A DNA stretch of 64,000 nucleotides from Alphaproteobacteria bacterium (GCA_965221125.1 CBDCRW010000007.1:160001-224000); one strand, 5' to 3'; positions 39,033-49,436 are shown, counted from the stretch's first letter. Notes: generated from the sequence alone by a model not told the origin. Numbers and translations are program-made.

Positions 39033-41359
39033 TGGCGATCGAGAAGGCCGCCGTCATCGGGGCGGGTCTCATGGGCGGCGGCATCGCCGCCCACATCGCC
39101 AATGCGGGCCACGACGTGGTGCTGCTCGACATCGTGCCCGACGGCGCGAAGGACCGGAACGCGCTGGCCGAAGGCTCGGTGGCGCGGATGCTCAAGACCG
39201 ACCCCGCGCCCTTCATGGAGAAGTCGGACGCGAAGCGCATCGCCACCGGCAATGTCGAGGACCACCTGGACCTCGTGAGCGACGCCGACTGGATCGTCGA
39301 GGCGGTGATCGAGAGGACCGACGCCAAGCAGGCGATCTACCGCCAGCTCGATTCGGTGCGGAAGGCGGGCTCCATCGTCTCCTCCAACACGTCCACCATC
39401 CCCTCCGCCACGCTGCTGGACGGGATGCCCGAGTCGCTCGCGCGCGACTTCCTCATCACCCACTTCTTCAACCCGCCGCGCTACATGCGGCTGTTGGAAG
39501 TAGTGGCGGGGCCGGCGACCCGGGCCGACGCGGTGGCGGACGTCTGCGACTTCGCCGACCGCAAGCTCGGCAAGGGCGTGGTGCCCTGCAACGACACGCC
39601 GGGCTTCATCGCGAACCGCATCGGCACCTACTGGCTCGTCGCCGCGGTGCGCGCTGCGGTCGAGAACGGCGTGACGGTGGAGGAGGCGGACGCGGTGCTG
39701 GGCCGCCCCGTCGGCGTGCCCAAGACCGGCGTCTTCGGGCTGATCGACCTGGTCGGCCTCGACCTGATGCCGCTGGTGGGCCGCAGCCTGCGCGACGCGC
39801 TGCCGGAGAGCGACCCCTTCCACGCGGTCTACGACGAGCCCGCCTTCATCACCGAGATGATCGAGAGCGGCTACATCGGCCGCAAGGGCAAGGGCGGGTT
39901 CTATCGACTGAAGCCCGGCTCGGACAAGAAGGAGAAGGAGGTCCGCGACCTCGCCACCGGCGAGTACGGGCCGGCCCAGCGCCCGCGGCTGGAGAGCGTG
40001 GAGCAGGCGGGCCGCTCGCTCCGGGCGCTCTTCGAGCACGACGACAAGACCGGCGCCTACGCCTGGCAGGTGATGTCGGGCACGCTCGCCTACACGGCCG
40101 GCCTGGTGCCGGAGATCGCCGACGACGTGGAGGCGGTGGATCGCGCCATGCGCCTCGGCTACGCCTGGAAGCGCGGCCCCTTCGAGATGATCGACTCGGT
40201 CGGCGCCGACTGGTTTGCCGAGAAGCTTGCGGCGGAGGGCAGGGAGGTCCCGCCGCTGCTGCTGGCGGCAGCGGCGCAAGGCGGCTTCTACCGCGTGGCG
40301 GACGGCCGCGCGACCCATCTCGCCGGCAGCGGCACGCACGTGCCGCTCGCGCGGCCCGACGGCGTGCTCCTCCTCTCCGACATCAAGCAGACCGCGAAGC
40401 CGCTCGCCCGCAACGCTTCGGCCAGCCTCTGGGACATCGGCGACGGCGTCGCCTGCCTCGAATTCCACTCGAAGATGAACGCGCTCGACACCGAGATCAT
40501 GGCGCTGGTCGCGCAGTCGGTGGAGACCGTCGGCGGCGGCATGACGGCGCTCGTGATCCACAACGAGGGCAGCAACTTCTCCGTCGGCATGAATCTGGGC
40601 CTCGCCCTCTTCGTCGTGAACGTCGGCGCTTGGCAGATGATCGAGGAGACGGCGAAGCAGGGGCAGGACGCTTTCAAGGCGCTCAAGTTCGCGCCCTTCC
40701 CCGTGGTGGGCGCGCCCTCCGGCATGGCGCTCGGCGGCGGCTGCGAGGTCCTGCTGCACTGCGACGCGGTCCAAGCCCACGCCGAGAGCTACATGGGCCT
40801 CGTCGAGGTGGGCGTCGGCATCGTGCCCGGCTGGGGCGGCTGCAAGGAGATGATGCTGCGCGCGCTCGATTCCGGCCGGCCCGGCTTCGGCGGCGCGATG
40901 CCGGCGATCTCCAAGGTGTTCGAGGCCATCGGCATGGCCAAGGTCTCGCGTTCCGCAAAGGAGGCCCGAAAGCTCGGCTTCCTGCGCGAGGGCGACGGCA
41001 TCACCGCCAACCGCGACCGCCTGCTGGCCGATGCCAAGGCGAGGGCGCTGGCGCTGGCGGAGGACTACGCGCCGCCCGAGCCTGCCACCGTCAAGCTTCC
41101 GGGCAAGACCGGCCGCGTCGCGCTCAAGATGGCGGTCAAGGGGCTCGCCAAGACCCGCAAGGCGACGGCCCACGACCTGGTGGTGGTGGAGCACCTCGGC
41201 AACATCCTCACCGGCGGCGACACGGACACGACGAAGGAGGTCCCGGAGGACCGCCTCTCGGACCTGGAGCGCGAGGCGCTGCTCGCGCTGATCCGCACGC
41301 CCGCCACCATCGCCCGCATGGAGCACATGCTGGAGACCGGCAAGCCCCTAAGGAATTAG
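39032..41359 (+). CDS. 3-hydroxyacyl-CoA dehydrogenase/enoyl-CoA hydratase
   Basis: GAGLMGGG, SSNTST, HFFNPP, GFIANR, ALGGGCE, GLVEVGVG. Confidence 0.94.
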   Translation: MAIEKAAVIGAGLMGGGIAAHIANAGHDVVLLDIVPDGAKDRNALAEGSVARMLKTDPAPFMEKSDAKRIATGNVEDHLDLVSDADWIVEAVIERTDAKQAIYRQLDSVRKAGSIVSSNTSTIPSATLLDGMPESLARDFLITHFFNPPRYMRLLEVVAGPATRADAVADVCDFADRKLGKGVVPCNDTPGFIANRIGTYWLVAAVRAAVENGVTVEEADAVLGRPVGVPKTGVFGLIDLVGLDLMPLVGRSLRDALPESDPFHAVYDEPAFITEMIESGYIGRKGKGGFYRLKPGSDKKEKEVRDLATGEYGPAQRPRLESVEQAGRSLRALFEHDDKTGAYAWQVMSGTLAYTAGLVPEIADDVEAVDRAMRLGYAWKRGPFEMIDSVGADWFAEKLAAEGREVPPLLLAAAAQGGFYRVADGRATHLAGSGTHVPLARPDGVLLLSDIKQTAKPLARNASASLWDIGDGVACLEFHSKMNALDTEIMALVAQSVETVGGGMTALVIHNEGSNFSVGMNLGLALFVVNVGAWQMIEETAKQGQDAFKALKFAPFPVVGAPSGMALGGGCEVLLHCDAVQAHAESYMGLVEVGVGIVPGWGGCKEMMLRALDSGRPGFGGAMPAISKVFEAIGMAKVSRSAKEARKLGFLREGDGITANRDRLLADAKARALALAEDYAPPEPATVKLPGKTGRVALKMAVKGLAKTRKATAHDLVVVEHLGNILTGGDTDTTKEVPEDRLSDLEREALLALIRTPATIARMEHMLETGKPLRN

Positions 41360-41409
41360 CCGGACGGGAACGGGCGCGGCCGAAGGAGCGACGAGGCGGG
41401 AGCGACAGC

Positions 41410-42246
41410 ATGAGCGGCGTGGCCTGGACCCTCGCGGTCGCGCAGATGGACTGCGCCACCGGCGATACGGAGACGAACCTCGCGACCGTCGCCCGCCTCG
41501 CCCGCGAGGCTGCGGCCGAGGGAGCCGACCTCGTGGTCTTCCCGGAATGCGCGACCACCGGCTATTTCCTGGGCGACCGGCTCGCGGACCTGGCCGAGCC
41601 GGCGGACGGGCCCACCGCCCAGCGCCTCGCCGCCATCGCGCGGGAGAACGCGCTCACCATGGCCGTCGGCGCCTACACGAAACGCGACGGCGGCATCTAC
41701 GATTCGCAGCTCCTCTTCGGGCCGGACGGCGCCTGCCTCGCGGTCTATGACAAGGCCCACCTCTTTGCGGGCGAGCGCGAGAGCTGCCGCGCCGGCGACC
41801 GCGCGTGCGTTGTCGAGACGGCGCTTGGCAAGGTGGGGATGACCGTCTGCTACGACTTCATCTTCGCCGACTACGTGCGCCGCCTGGCCGACCTCGGCGC
41901 GGACCTCATCGTCAACAGCACCAACTGGATCGCCGACGCCTACCAGCAGGAGACCTGGGGCTGGAGCGGGCCGGTGACGCAGGGCCTCGCGGCCACGCGC
42001 GCGCTGGAGAACGGCACCTTCGTCGCCATGGCGAACCGCGTCGGCGAGGAGGAGCTGGCGCCCGGCCTCTCCTTCACCAGCCTCGGCCACTCCTGCATCG
42101 CCGGCCCTTCCGGCAAAATTCTGGCTTCGCTCGCGGAAGGGGAGGGGCTGGCCGTGGCGCGCGTGCGTATCGCGCAGGAGGACCTCGACCGCTGGCGCGC
42201 CATCGCGACCTATCGCGAGGACCGCCGCCCCGAATTGGGCGGATGA
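41410..42246 (+). CDS. Carbon-nitrogen hydrolase (nitrilase superfamily)
   Basis: VFPEC, YDKAHL, VCYDF triad; RALENG. Confidence 0.9.
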   Translation: MSGVAWTLAVAQMDCATGDTETNLATVARLAREAAAEGADLVVFPECATTGYFLGDRLADLAEPADGPTAQRLAAIARENALTMAVGAYTKRDGGIYDSQLLFGPDGACLAVYDKAHLFAGERESCRAGDRACVVETALGKVGMTVCYDFIFADYVRRLADLGADLIVNSTNWIADAYQQETWGWSGPVTQGLAATRALENGTFVAMANRVGEEELAPGLSFTSLGHSCIAGPSGKILASLAEGEGLAVARVRIAQEDLDRWRAIATYREDRRPELGG

Positions 42247-42340
42247 GCACTGCGGGTGTATCGCGGCAGCACAAGTCTTGTAGAGAACCGTAATAGGGGA
42301 GAAGCAGAAAGATTTAGGGGGATAACTTGGCGAGCTATGT

Positions 42341-42907
42341 TTAGAAGATACTGGCTAAAGTTTGGACAATAAAAGCAACACCAAATGCCATCAGAATTAG
42401 AAATGTAACATAAACAAATCTGGGAAATTCTCGAAAGGTTTGGAAGGGTACTTCTTTACCTAGTGCCTCACTACACTTTACGGATGTAATAAAGGCGGCC
42501 CGCATATTAATATAGACGCAATCTATAATCACTAGTTCGGATGGCGCTATTTTCGGAATTTTGATCATACAATCGCCCTTACCGACTGATACAAAGTCAA
42601 CTTGTCTAGGTTGATAGATATTGATATCCGTTGGAAAGTTGCTCAACACAAATTCGACTTCGGTAGCAGGTTTTCTTCCAATATTTTGTAAGAAGAACTT
42701 TTCCACGTATATGTCAGTAAAAGTATCCTTTTGGGAGTCTTGTGGATCTGGCACTCGGACTTGATTTAGGCTATTGTTCGCTCTTCCGTATATAAGTTTC
42801 ACTCGAGCCCTAAACAGCCAAGCGATGAATAAGGCAACTAGGGTTACCACTAAACCGATGAGTTGAGTTTGAAATGGACCAATAGAATTCCAAATTGAGT
42901 CAAGCAT
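42341..42907 (-). CDS. AT-rich hypothetical membrane protein
   Basis: 188-aa open frame with TM helices at both ends; strongly AT-rich relative to flanks. Confidence 0.65.
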   Translation of the reverse strand: MLDSIWNSIGPFQTQLIGLVVTLVALFIAWLFRARVKLIYGRANNSLNQVRVPDPQDSQKDTFTDIYVEKFFLQNIGRKPATEVEFVLSNFPTDINIYQPRQVDFVSVGKGDCMIKIPKIAPSELVIIDCVYINMRAAFITSVKCSEALGKEVPFQTFREFPRFVYVTFLILMAFGVAFIVQTLASIF

Positions 42908-43357
42908 TTCTTATAAAGCCTTCCTTAGGGCACTGTGTGGGCGTGAAACGATTGTGAGCAATTCAACGGTTCATTGCCCGATTTTCCTGTGGCTCGAGGA
43001 ATTGGTCCGCGTGGTATCCATCCGGTTTGCGTCGTCGCGCTGCGTCCGAACCTCTGTCGAGAGCTGACTGCTCCAATACCAGATATTGTATCTCGCCGCT
43101 ACCACTTTACGCCAGATAAAGGGTGTGGGCCGGCGCACTGTCAGATGCGCATTGCCGGTCAGTGTCGAGAGTTCTCGGTCACTGGAGTTGCTCTCCCCGA
43201 CCGAAGCGCGCAACATCCGTGCGTTGACGGTTTCACCACTGCACTTGGATTCGATTCTAGACATGCCATGCGCCTTGGATGATATCGCTGCGCGCGACAC
43301 CGGGGCATCAGCGGACTTGAGATGCGCGATGGCCTAACCAGTCGGTTGGACAGCGAC

Positions 43358-44413
43358 ATGAGTGACATAGCCGCGTGGCCCGAGCGCTTCGCCGACGAGG
43401 CCGCGCTCGAGGATTTCATGAGCGCGCCGGACGAGGCGCTGCGCGCCTCCCTCGCGCGCGTCGACGGCGACATCGTCGTGCTCGGCGTCGGCGGCAAGAT
43501 GGGGCCGACCCTGGCCGGCCTCGCCAAGCGCGCCGCGCCGCACAAGCGCGTGGTCGGCGTCGCCCGCTTCTCCGACCCGCGCGTGCGCGAGACGCTCACC
43601 GCCTGGGGCGTGGAGACCATCCAGTGCGACCTGCTCGACCGCGCCGCGGTGGCGGCGTTGCCCAGGCTCCCCAACGTGGTGTTCATGGCGGGGCGCAAGT
43701 TCGGCGCCATCGGCGACGACGACCTGACCTGGGCGATGAACGCCCACGTGCCCGCCATCGTCGCCGAGACCTTCCGCCAGTCCCGGATCGTCGCCTTCTC
43801 CACCGGCTGCGTCTATCCCTTCGTCGACGTCCGCCACCAGGGCGCAACCGAGGAGACGCCACCCACGCCGCCGCCCGGCGAGTACGCCAACTCCTGCGTC
43901 GGCCGCGAGCGCCTGATCCGGTATTTCTCGCGCCGCCACGGCACGCCCGGGCGCCTCGTGCGACTCAACTACGCCATCGACATGCGCTACGGCGTGCTGC
44001 ATGACGTGGCCCGCAAGGTGCGGGACGGCGTGCCCATCGACCTCGCCACCGGCCACGTCAACGTCATCTGGCAGGGGGATGCCAACGCCATGGCGCTCCG
44101 CTGCTTCGAGCACTGCACCGTGCCGGCCGCCCCCCTCAACGTGAGCGGGCCGGAGACGGTGAGCATCCGCGCGCTGGCGGCAGCCTTCGGCGCGCGGCTG
44201 GGGCGCGAGCCCGTGTTCGCGGGCGAGGAGTCGCCCACCGGCTGGCTCACGAATGGCGCGCAGGCCTTCGGCCTCTTCGGCTATCCGCGCGTGCCCCTGG
44301 GGGCGATGATCGACTGGATGGCGGACTGGGTCGCGCGCGACATGCCGAGCCTCGCCAAGCCCACCCAGTACGAGGTGAGGGACGGCGTGTTCGCGGCGCC
44401 GACCGCCTCATGA
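43358..44413 (+). CDS. NAD-dependent epimerase/dehydratase-family protein
   Basis: LGVGGKMG Rossmann motif, [20 protein letters not shown]. Confidence 0.85.
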   Translation: MSDIAAWPERFADEAALEDFMSAPDEALRASLARVDGDIVVLGVGGKMGPTLAGLAKRAAPHKRVVGVARFSDPRVRETLTAWGVETIQCDLLDRAAVAALPRLPNVVFMAGRKFGAIGDDDLTWAMNAHVPAIVAETFRQSRIVAFSTGCVYPFVDVRHQGATEETPPTPPPGEYANSCVGRERLIRYFSRRHGTPGRLVRLNYAIDMRYGVLHDVARKVRDGVPIDLATGHVNVIWQGDANAMALRCFEHCTVPAAPLNVSGPETVSIRALAAAFGARLGREPVFAGEESPTGWLTNGAQAFGLFGYPRVPLGAMIDWMADWVARDMPSLAKPTQYEVRDGVFAAPTAS

Positions 44414-45471
44414 GCCTCGCCTGGGGCGACGTGCCGGGGCCGGTGCGGGCGACGCTCGCGCGTGGCGTGGTGATCCCCGCGCACCCCCTCGCGCTCGACG
44501 CCGGGCGCAGGCTGGATGCGGAGCGGCAGCGCGCGCTCTCGCGCTACTACATCGATGCCGGCGCGGGCGGGCTGGCCGTGGGCGTCCACACCACGCAGTT
44601 CGCGATCCGCGACGCCGGGCTCTACGAGCCGGTGCTGACGCTCGCCGCCGAGACCGCCGACGCGTGGGCCGATCGCCCGCTGGTGCGGATCGCGGGCCTC
44701 GTCGGGCGCACGGAGCAGGCGCTCGCGGAAGCGGATATCGCCCTCGGCCTCGGCTACAACGCCGGCATGGTGAGCCTCGCCGCCTTCGCCGGCGCCAGCG
44801 AGGACGAGCGGCTGGAGCACTGCGCCCGGCTCGCGGCGCGCATCCCGCTCGTCGGCTTCTACCTGCAGCCTGCGGTGGGCGGCGTCGTGCTCGGCCCCAC
44901 TTTCTGGCGCCGGCTCGCGGCGCTGGAGAACGTGGTCGCGATCAAGGTCGCGCCCTTCAACCGCTACCGCACCCTCGACGTGGTGCGGGGCGTCGTCGAG
45001 GCCGGCGCCGAGGGGCGCGTGACCCTCTACACCGGCAACGACGACCACATCCTGCTCGATCTCGTCACGCCCTACCGCCTCGTGCGGGGCGACGAGGCGG
45101 TGACGGTGCGCATCAAGGGCGGGCTGCTCGGCCACTGGAGCGTCTGGGTCAAGCGCGCCGTGGAGATACTCGACCGCGCCCATGCGGCGGTGGCGGCGGG
45201 CGCGATCGACCCCGACTTCCTCGCGCTCGACGCCCAGATCACCGACTGCAACGCCGCGCTCTTCGACGTCGTCAACGACTTCCGGGGTTGCATCGCCGGC
45301 TGCCACGAGGTGCTGCGGCGCCAGGGGCTCATGCGCGGCATCTGGTGCCTCGACCCGCAGGAAGGGCTGAGCCCCGGCCAGGCCGAAGAGATCGACCGCG
45401 TCTCGGCGGCCTACCCCCACCTCACCGACGACGACTACGTGAGCGCCAACCGCGCGCGCTGGCTCGCCTGA
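44410..45471 (+). CDS. Dihydrodipicolinate synthase-family aldolase/lyase
   Basis: GVHTTQF, GFYLQ, AIKVAPF (Schiff-base Lys), YTGNDD; start overlaps the upstream stop. Confidence 0.85.
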   Translation: MSLAWGDVPGPVRATLARGVVIPAHPLALDAGRRLDAERQRALSRYYIDAGAGGLAVGVHTTQFAIRDAGLYEPVLTLAAETADAWADRPLVRIAGLVGRTEQALAEADIALGLGYNAGMVSLAAFAGASEDERLEHCARLAARIPLVGFYLQPAVGGVVLGPTFWRRLAALENVVAIKVAPFNRYRTLDVVRGVVEAGAEGRVTLYTGNDDHILLDLVTPYRLVRGDEAVTVRIKGGLLGHWSVWVKRAVEILDRAHAAVAAGAIDPDFLALDAQITDCNAALFDVVNDFRGCIAGCHEVLRRQGLMRGIWCLDPQEGLSPGQAEEIDRVSAAYPHLTDDDYVSANRARWLA

Positions 45472-45503
45472 GGGCGCGCGCCCCCGGCGGCAGAGGGAGC
45501 CCC

Positions 45504-46658
45504 ATGGCCACCCACTTTTCGCAATCCGAGTTCGATCGGCGCCGCGAAGCGGCCGTGGGCGCGCTGAAGCGGCGCGGCCTTGCCGGCATCCTGCTCTTCA
45601 AGCAGGAGAGCATGTTCTACCTCACCGGCTACGACACCTTCGGCTTCTGCTTCTTCCAGGGCCTCTGGCTTGGCAGCGACGGGCGGATTGCCCTGCTCAC
45701 CCGCGCGCCGGACCTCAGGCAGGCGCAGCACACCTCGATCATCGAGGACATCCGCATCTGGGTGGACGAGGCGGGTGCCGACCCCGCCGCAGCCCTCCGC
45801 TACGTGGTGGCCGAACACGGCGGCGCCGGCCAGCGCATCGGCATCGAGCGCGACACGCAAGGGCTCACGGCCGCCAACGGGCGCAAGGTCGAGGCGGCGT
45901 TCCGTGATTTCTGCACGCTGGAGGACGCGTCGGACCTCGTCTCCGCGCTCCGCATCGTCAAGAGCGACGACGAGCTCGCCTACGTGCGCCGCGCCGCCGC
46001 GCTCGCCGACGATGCGCTCGCGGAGGCCGAGCGCCTCTGCGCGCCGGGCGCCTTCGAGGGCGACATCCTGGCCGCCATGCAGGGCGCGGTCTTCCGCGGC
46101 GGCGGCGAGTATCCCGGCAACCCCTTCATCCTCAGCTCCGGCCCCGACGCACTGTTATGCCGGGACAAGGCCGGGCGCCGCCGGCTCGCAGACCAGGACC
46201 AGCTCACCATCGAGTTCGCCGGCGCCTACTGCCGCTACCACGCGGCGCTCATGCGCACCCTCGCGGTGGGCCCGGTCAGGGGCGAGCACGCGGCGATGCA
46301 CCGGGCCTGCAGCGACGCCCTCGCCGCCTGCCGCGATACCCTGCACCCCGGCCGGCGCTTCGGCGAGGTCTTCGACGCCCACGCCCGGGTGCTCGACGCG
46401 GCAGGCTACCGCGCGCACCGCCTCAACGCCTGCGGCTACAGCCTGGGCGCGACCTTCGCGCCGTCATGGATGGACGGGCCGATGTTCTACACCGGCAACC
46501 CGCAGACCGTGGAGGCGGGGATGGTGCTCTTCGTCCACATCATCCTCGCCAACAGCGATGCCGGGCTCGCCATGACCCTCGGCGAGACCTACGCGATCAC
46601 GGACGACGGCCCGCAATGCCTGAGCCGGGCGCCGCACAACCTCGTCCCCGGCGGCTAG
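45504..46658 (+). CDS. M24 Xaa-Pro peptidase/creatinase-family hydrolase
   Basis: SMFYLTGYD, LRIVKSDDEL, YHAALMRT, GYSLG. Confidence 0.85.
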   Translation: MATHFSQSEFDRRREAAVGALKRRGLAGILLFKQESMFYLTGYDTFGFCFFQGLWLGSDGRIALLTRAPDLRQAQHTSIIEDIRIWVDEAGADPAAALRYVVAEHGGAGQRIGIERDTQGLTAANGRKVEAAFRDFCTLEDASDLVSALRIVKSDDELAYVRRAAALADDALAEAERLCAPGAFEGDILAAMQGAVFRGGGEYPGNPFILSSGPDALLCRDKAGRRRLADQDQLTIEFAGAYCRYHAALMRTLAVGPVRGEHAAMHRACSDALAACRDTLHPGRRFGEVFDAHARVLDAAGYRAHRLNACGYSLGATFAPSWMDGPMFYTGNPQTVEAGMVLFVHIILANSDAGLAMTLGETYAITDDGPQCLSRAPHNLVPGG

Positions 46659-46804
46659 AGCGCGTCCGACTTAGACGGACGCGCGACAGGCCGCGACCGC
46701 GGCCCGCCGCGAATGCGGCGCGCCCGCGCAGGCATCGGCCAAAGGCCGATTGCCGTGAGCGATAAAGAATCAGAGCGTTTCCGTGCAAAACGGATACGCT
46801 CTAG
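46655..46804. repeat. 150-bp CTAG-bounded miniature inverted-repeat element (Bru-RS/RIME-like)
   Basis: Ends CTAGAGCGCGTCCG and CGGATACGCTCTAG (12/14 complementary); each end also forms its own hairpin. Confidence 0.65.
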
Positions 46805-46864
46805 ACGCGATCTCTCGACAGGTTGTCTGCCCGCGACTGCTTCTCGGAAGCCGATGTGAGATTG

Positions 46865-48046
46865 CTACCACTCGGAAGATTGCTCGGCATAGAAATGGTC
46901 CGGCAATCGGTAGCTGATGCCATCTTTGTCGAACATCGAAACTTCCAATATGGTGGTCAGGTTGCTGCGGTCTCGGAAACGTCCCGGTGTCACTCTCTTC
47001 ATCACACTCTCGATTCTGTTCAGCAGCCGGAACTTCCACAGGATTCCGAAGGTGGAACTCTTGGGGTATCTGAGTTCGTCGGCGAGCGCGTTCCCGATCA
47101 GTGCGCGCGAAACCTGCGCTATGTAGCCCGCCAACTTCCGGCGCGCCTGACTTTCCGTCATCCCGGCGAACAAGGGCGCGGTGTTGACCAGCGACGACGC
47201 GAGGACGATCGACTCCAGGGAGGGCGGAGGTTCGCACGCGCTGCCGATCTCGAAGACCTTGAGCGCATCCTGTTCGTCCCGGAAAAGAATGGTCTCGGGA
47301 ATACCCATCAGATAGCCGGAATAGCGCCACACGGCCATGAAGCTTCTTCGTTCCTCTTCGTTGAATGAGGCGCCAAGACTCTTCAAATGGATCAACAGCC
47401 TTGCCGAAAAGGCGGAGATGGCGAAGCCGACATGCGCCGCACTGATCGGCGTGCCCAATTCCTCGATATCCCACTCGTCTGAGTCGCTGAGCAACAACCT
47501 TATTCTGGCGTGGACCAGTCTCACCCGGATCGAGAGCGACCACCCGTCGCAATATTTGTCCATGCCGCCGGGCATGAATATCTCCAGCATGTGGCGGTTG
47601 TTCTGCTTCAGCCGCCTCATGCCCTGATCGCGCAGCCTGCCGGTCATGAAAAACGACTTGGCAATGTTCGTCGAAAACCCTTCCACCAGAACGCCGCCGA
47701 CCATTCCCGCAAGCACCAGCGGTGTATTCCTGTGAAACATGCGGCAGCCCGGAAAAAACGAATCCAAATCGACCCAGTCGGGCGGTTCGGCGTTTGACTC
47801 GAAGAATTTTCTGACCGACTCCGGTGCAGTGCGCAACGCACCCTCGTTGCCGCTTTCCAGGCCCAGTCTGATAAGCCTGGCCTGTTCCTCCGGCTCCAGG
47901 GAACGCAGGTCGGCAACCATCGCGTCGGCCAGCGGATCTCCGATGGTGGTGTGGGCAACGTAGTTGGCCGCTCTGTCGGGATCGACCGCCTGGCCCCTCG
48001 CGTATCCGTCGACATAGGCCGATGGGATAGTCTGCATGTCGATCAC
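46865..48046 (-). CDS. Lcp/MpaB-family (DUF2236) heme oxygenase-like protein
   Basis: GDPLAD, PPDWVD, TGRL...RRL, RVRLVHARIR (heme His), W....LGTPIS, WRYSGYLMGIP. Confidence 0.82.
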   Translation of the reverse strand: MIDMQTIPSAYVDGYARGQAVDPDRAANYVAHTTIGDPLADAMVADLRSLEPEEQARLIRLGLESGNEGALRTAPESVRKFFESNAEPPDWVDLDSFFPGCRMFHRNTPLVLAGMVGGVLVEGFSTNIAKSFFMTGRLRDQGMRRLKQNNRHMLEIFMPGGMDKYCDGWSLSIRVRLVHARIRLLLSDSDEWDIEELGTPISAAHVGFAISAFSARLLIHLKSLGASFNEEERRSFMAVWRYSGYLMGIPETILFRDEQDALKVFEIGSACEPPPSLESIVLASSLVNTAPLFAGMTESQARRKLAGYIAQVSRALIGNALADELRYPKSSTFGILWKFRLLNRIESVMKRVTPGRFRDRSNLTTILEVSMFDKDGISYRLPDHFYAEQSSEW

Positions 48047-48647
48047 TCGGGCCTCGCGCCGAGCGGAGCATGTTCGATATTGCGGCCGCGCTGTCTCATC
48101 GACGCTAAAATGGATTTCCCAGGCGAATTGTGCCGGCGAGCTTCGCCATCGAGGTTCGCACGGTGTCCGGCACCGGCGCGACGTCGATGTCCCGACATGC
48201 GCCCTCGCAAGCCGGACGAACTGGAATGAAGCGGTTGCGATTCGGACGCCGCAGGGTTGTTTCGTCGCCCGACAGCCGCTCCGATGCTTCGGCGATCTTC
48301 AACGTGGTTCCCTCCCGCATCTCCTGCTCAGGATGGATCGGCACGTCGCGATCGGATCAATAGACTCGTGGACGAGCCGTGGTCCAGTCATTTTGCCGAC
48401 CGGTCGGCTTGAATGCGAGTCTCGCATGGCGGCGTGTCCGAAAATGCGGGCGAGGAGCCCTGCACGAATCGCCTATATCCGGTATCATGTGGTACCCTTG
48501 AGCAACGTGATTCGCAATATTGTCCCGCTGTTGCCGTCACTGTCATGCCAGACACGCTATGTATGATCGCGCTTTGCTCCCACAACCCTTGCCGGAAGGA
48601 GCGCTATGTTTCGCGACGCTCGAAACTGCGCAAAGGGACGTAAGGCC

Positions 48648-49436
48648 ATGGCAACGAGCTGGCGGATTGGCGCCTTGCGAGCAGTCGCGGTGAAGTCCGC
48701 GCGCGTGGCCTGCGTGGCGGCAGCATCGATGCTCCCGCTGGTCGCAACCGCAGAGGCTCAGTCGATCGACGAAGCGCGTACTGCCTATGCCGAGGGTCGC
48801 TTCCTGGAGGCCGCCCAACTCGCCGAATCCCTCGGTACCTCCGAAGGCTTTGCGTTGGCGTCGAAGTCGGTAACGGTCCAAGCCTATTACGTCTCCGCAG
48901 ATGACGAGAAGGATGGCCTGTTCGAACGTGCCCTGGCATTGGCGCAGGAGGCGGTCCGATCCGACCCGGACGATCCGCAAGCCCATATCCAATTGTCGCA
49001 TGTCATGGGCCGGCACGGTCTGACGATCGGCGTAGTGGAATCGGCTTCCAAGGGATATGCCGACAAGATACGAGACGCGGTCGAGGCTGCGCTTCGCTTG
49101 AGCCCCGAGATGCCGGAGGCCCATTTGAGCATGGGCATGTGGCACTCGGTAGTTGTCTCCAGCCTTGGATCCTTCATGGCGGACATGATGTTCGGCGCCG
49201 ATGAGGACGAAGCCATCGAGTTTTACGAACGGGCCCTCAAGGGTGCGCCCGAGGAAAAGATCGTGCCTCTGGAGTACGCAATCGGCTTGCTGGATCTCGA
49301 TGACGACGATTACCGCGAACAGGCGCGCAAGCTGCTCCAACGGGCGATCGAATTGCCGGTCAAGGACGCCTACGACGACCTTGTTCACCAGAAGGCGGTC
49401 GAGACTCTCGCGGCGCTCGACTCCAGCGGCGACTGA
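48648..49436 (+). CDS. Secreted TPR-like all-helical protein
   Basis: Signal peptide ending ATAEAQ; TPR-like units AVRSDPDDPQAH, ALRLSPEMPEAHLSMG, YERALKGAP. Confidence 0.75.
   Translation: MATSWRIGALRAVAVKSARVACVAAASMLPLVATAEAQSIDEARTAYAEGRFLEAAQLAESLGTSEGFALASKSVTVQAYYVSADDEKDGLFERALALAQEAVRSDPDDPQAHIQLSHVMGRHGLTIGVVESASKGYADKIRDAVEAALRLSPEMPEAHLSMGMWHSVVVSSLGSFMADMMFGADEDEAIEFYERALKGAPEEKIVPLEYAIGLLDLDDDDYREQARKLLQRAIELPVKDAYDDLVHQKAVETLAALDSSGD

Noticed and set aside
36036-41326. Long minus-strand ORFs of 792 and 786 aa (likewise 820 and 658 aa near 57-61 kb)
   Set aside because: Antisense shadows of fadD, thiolase, fadB and hydantoinase genes
39019-42246. 1075-aa ORF suggesting a giant nitrilase fusion
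   Set aside because: The first ~800 aa are an off-frame overlay of the hydroxyacyl-CoA dehydrogenase; the real gene starts at 41410
42960-43340. Short ORFs upstream of the epimerase
   Set aside because: No recognisable motifs or codon bias in any frame
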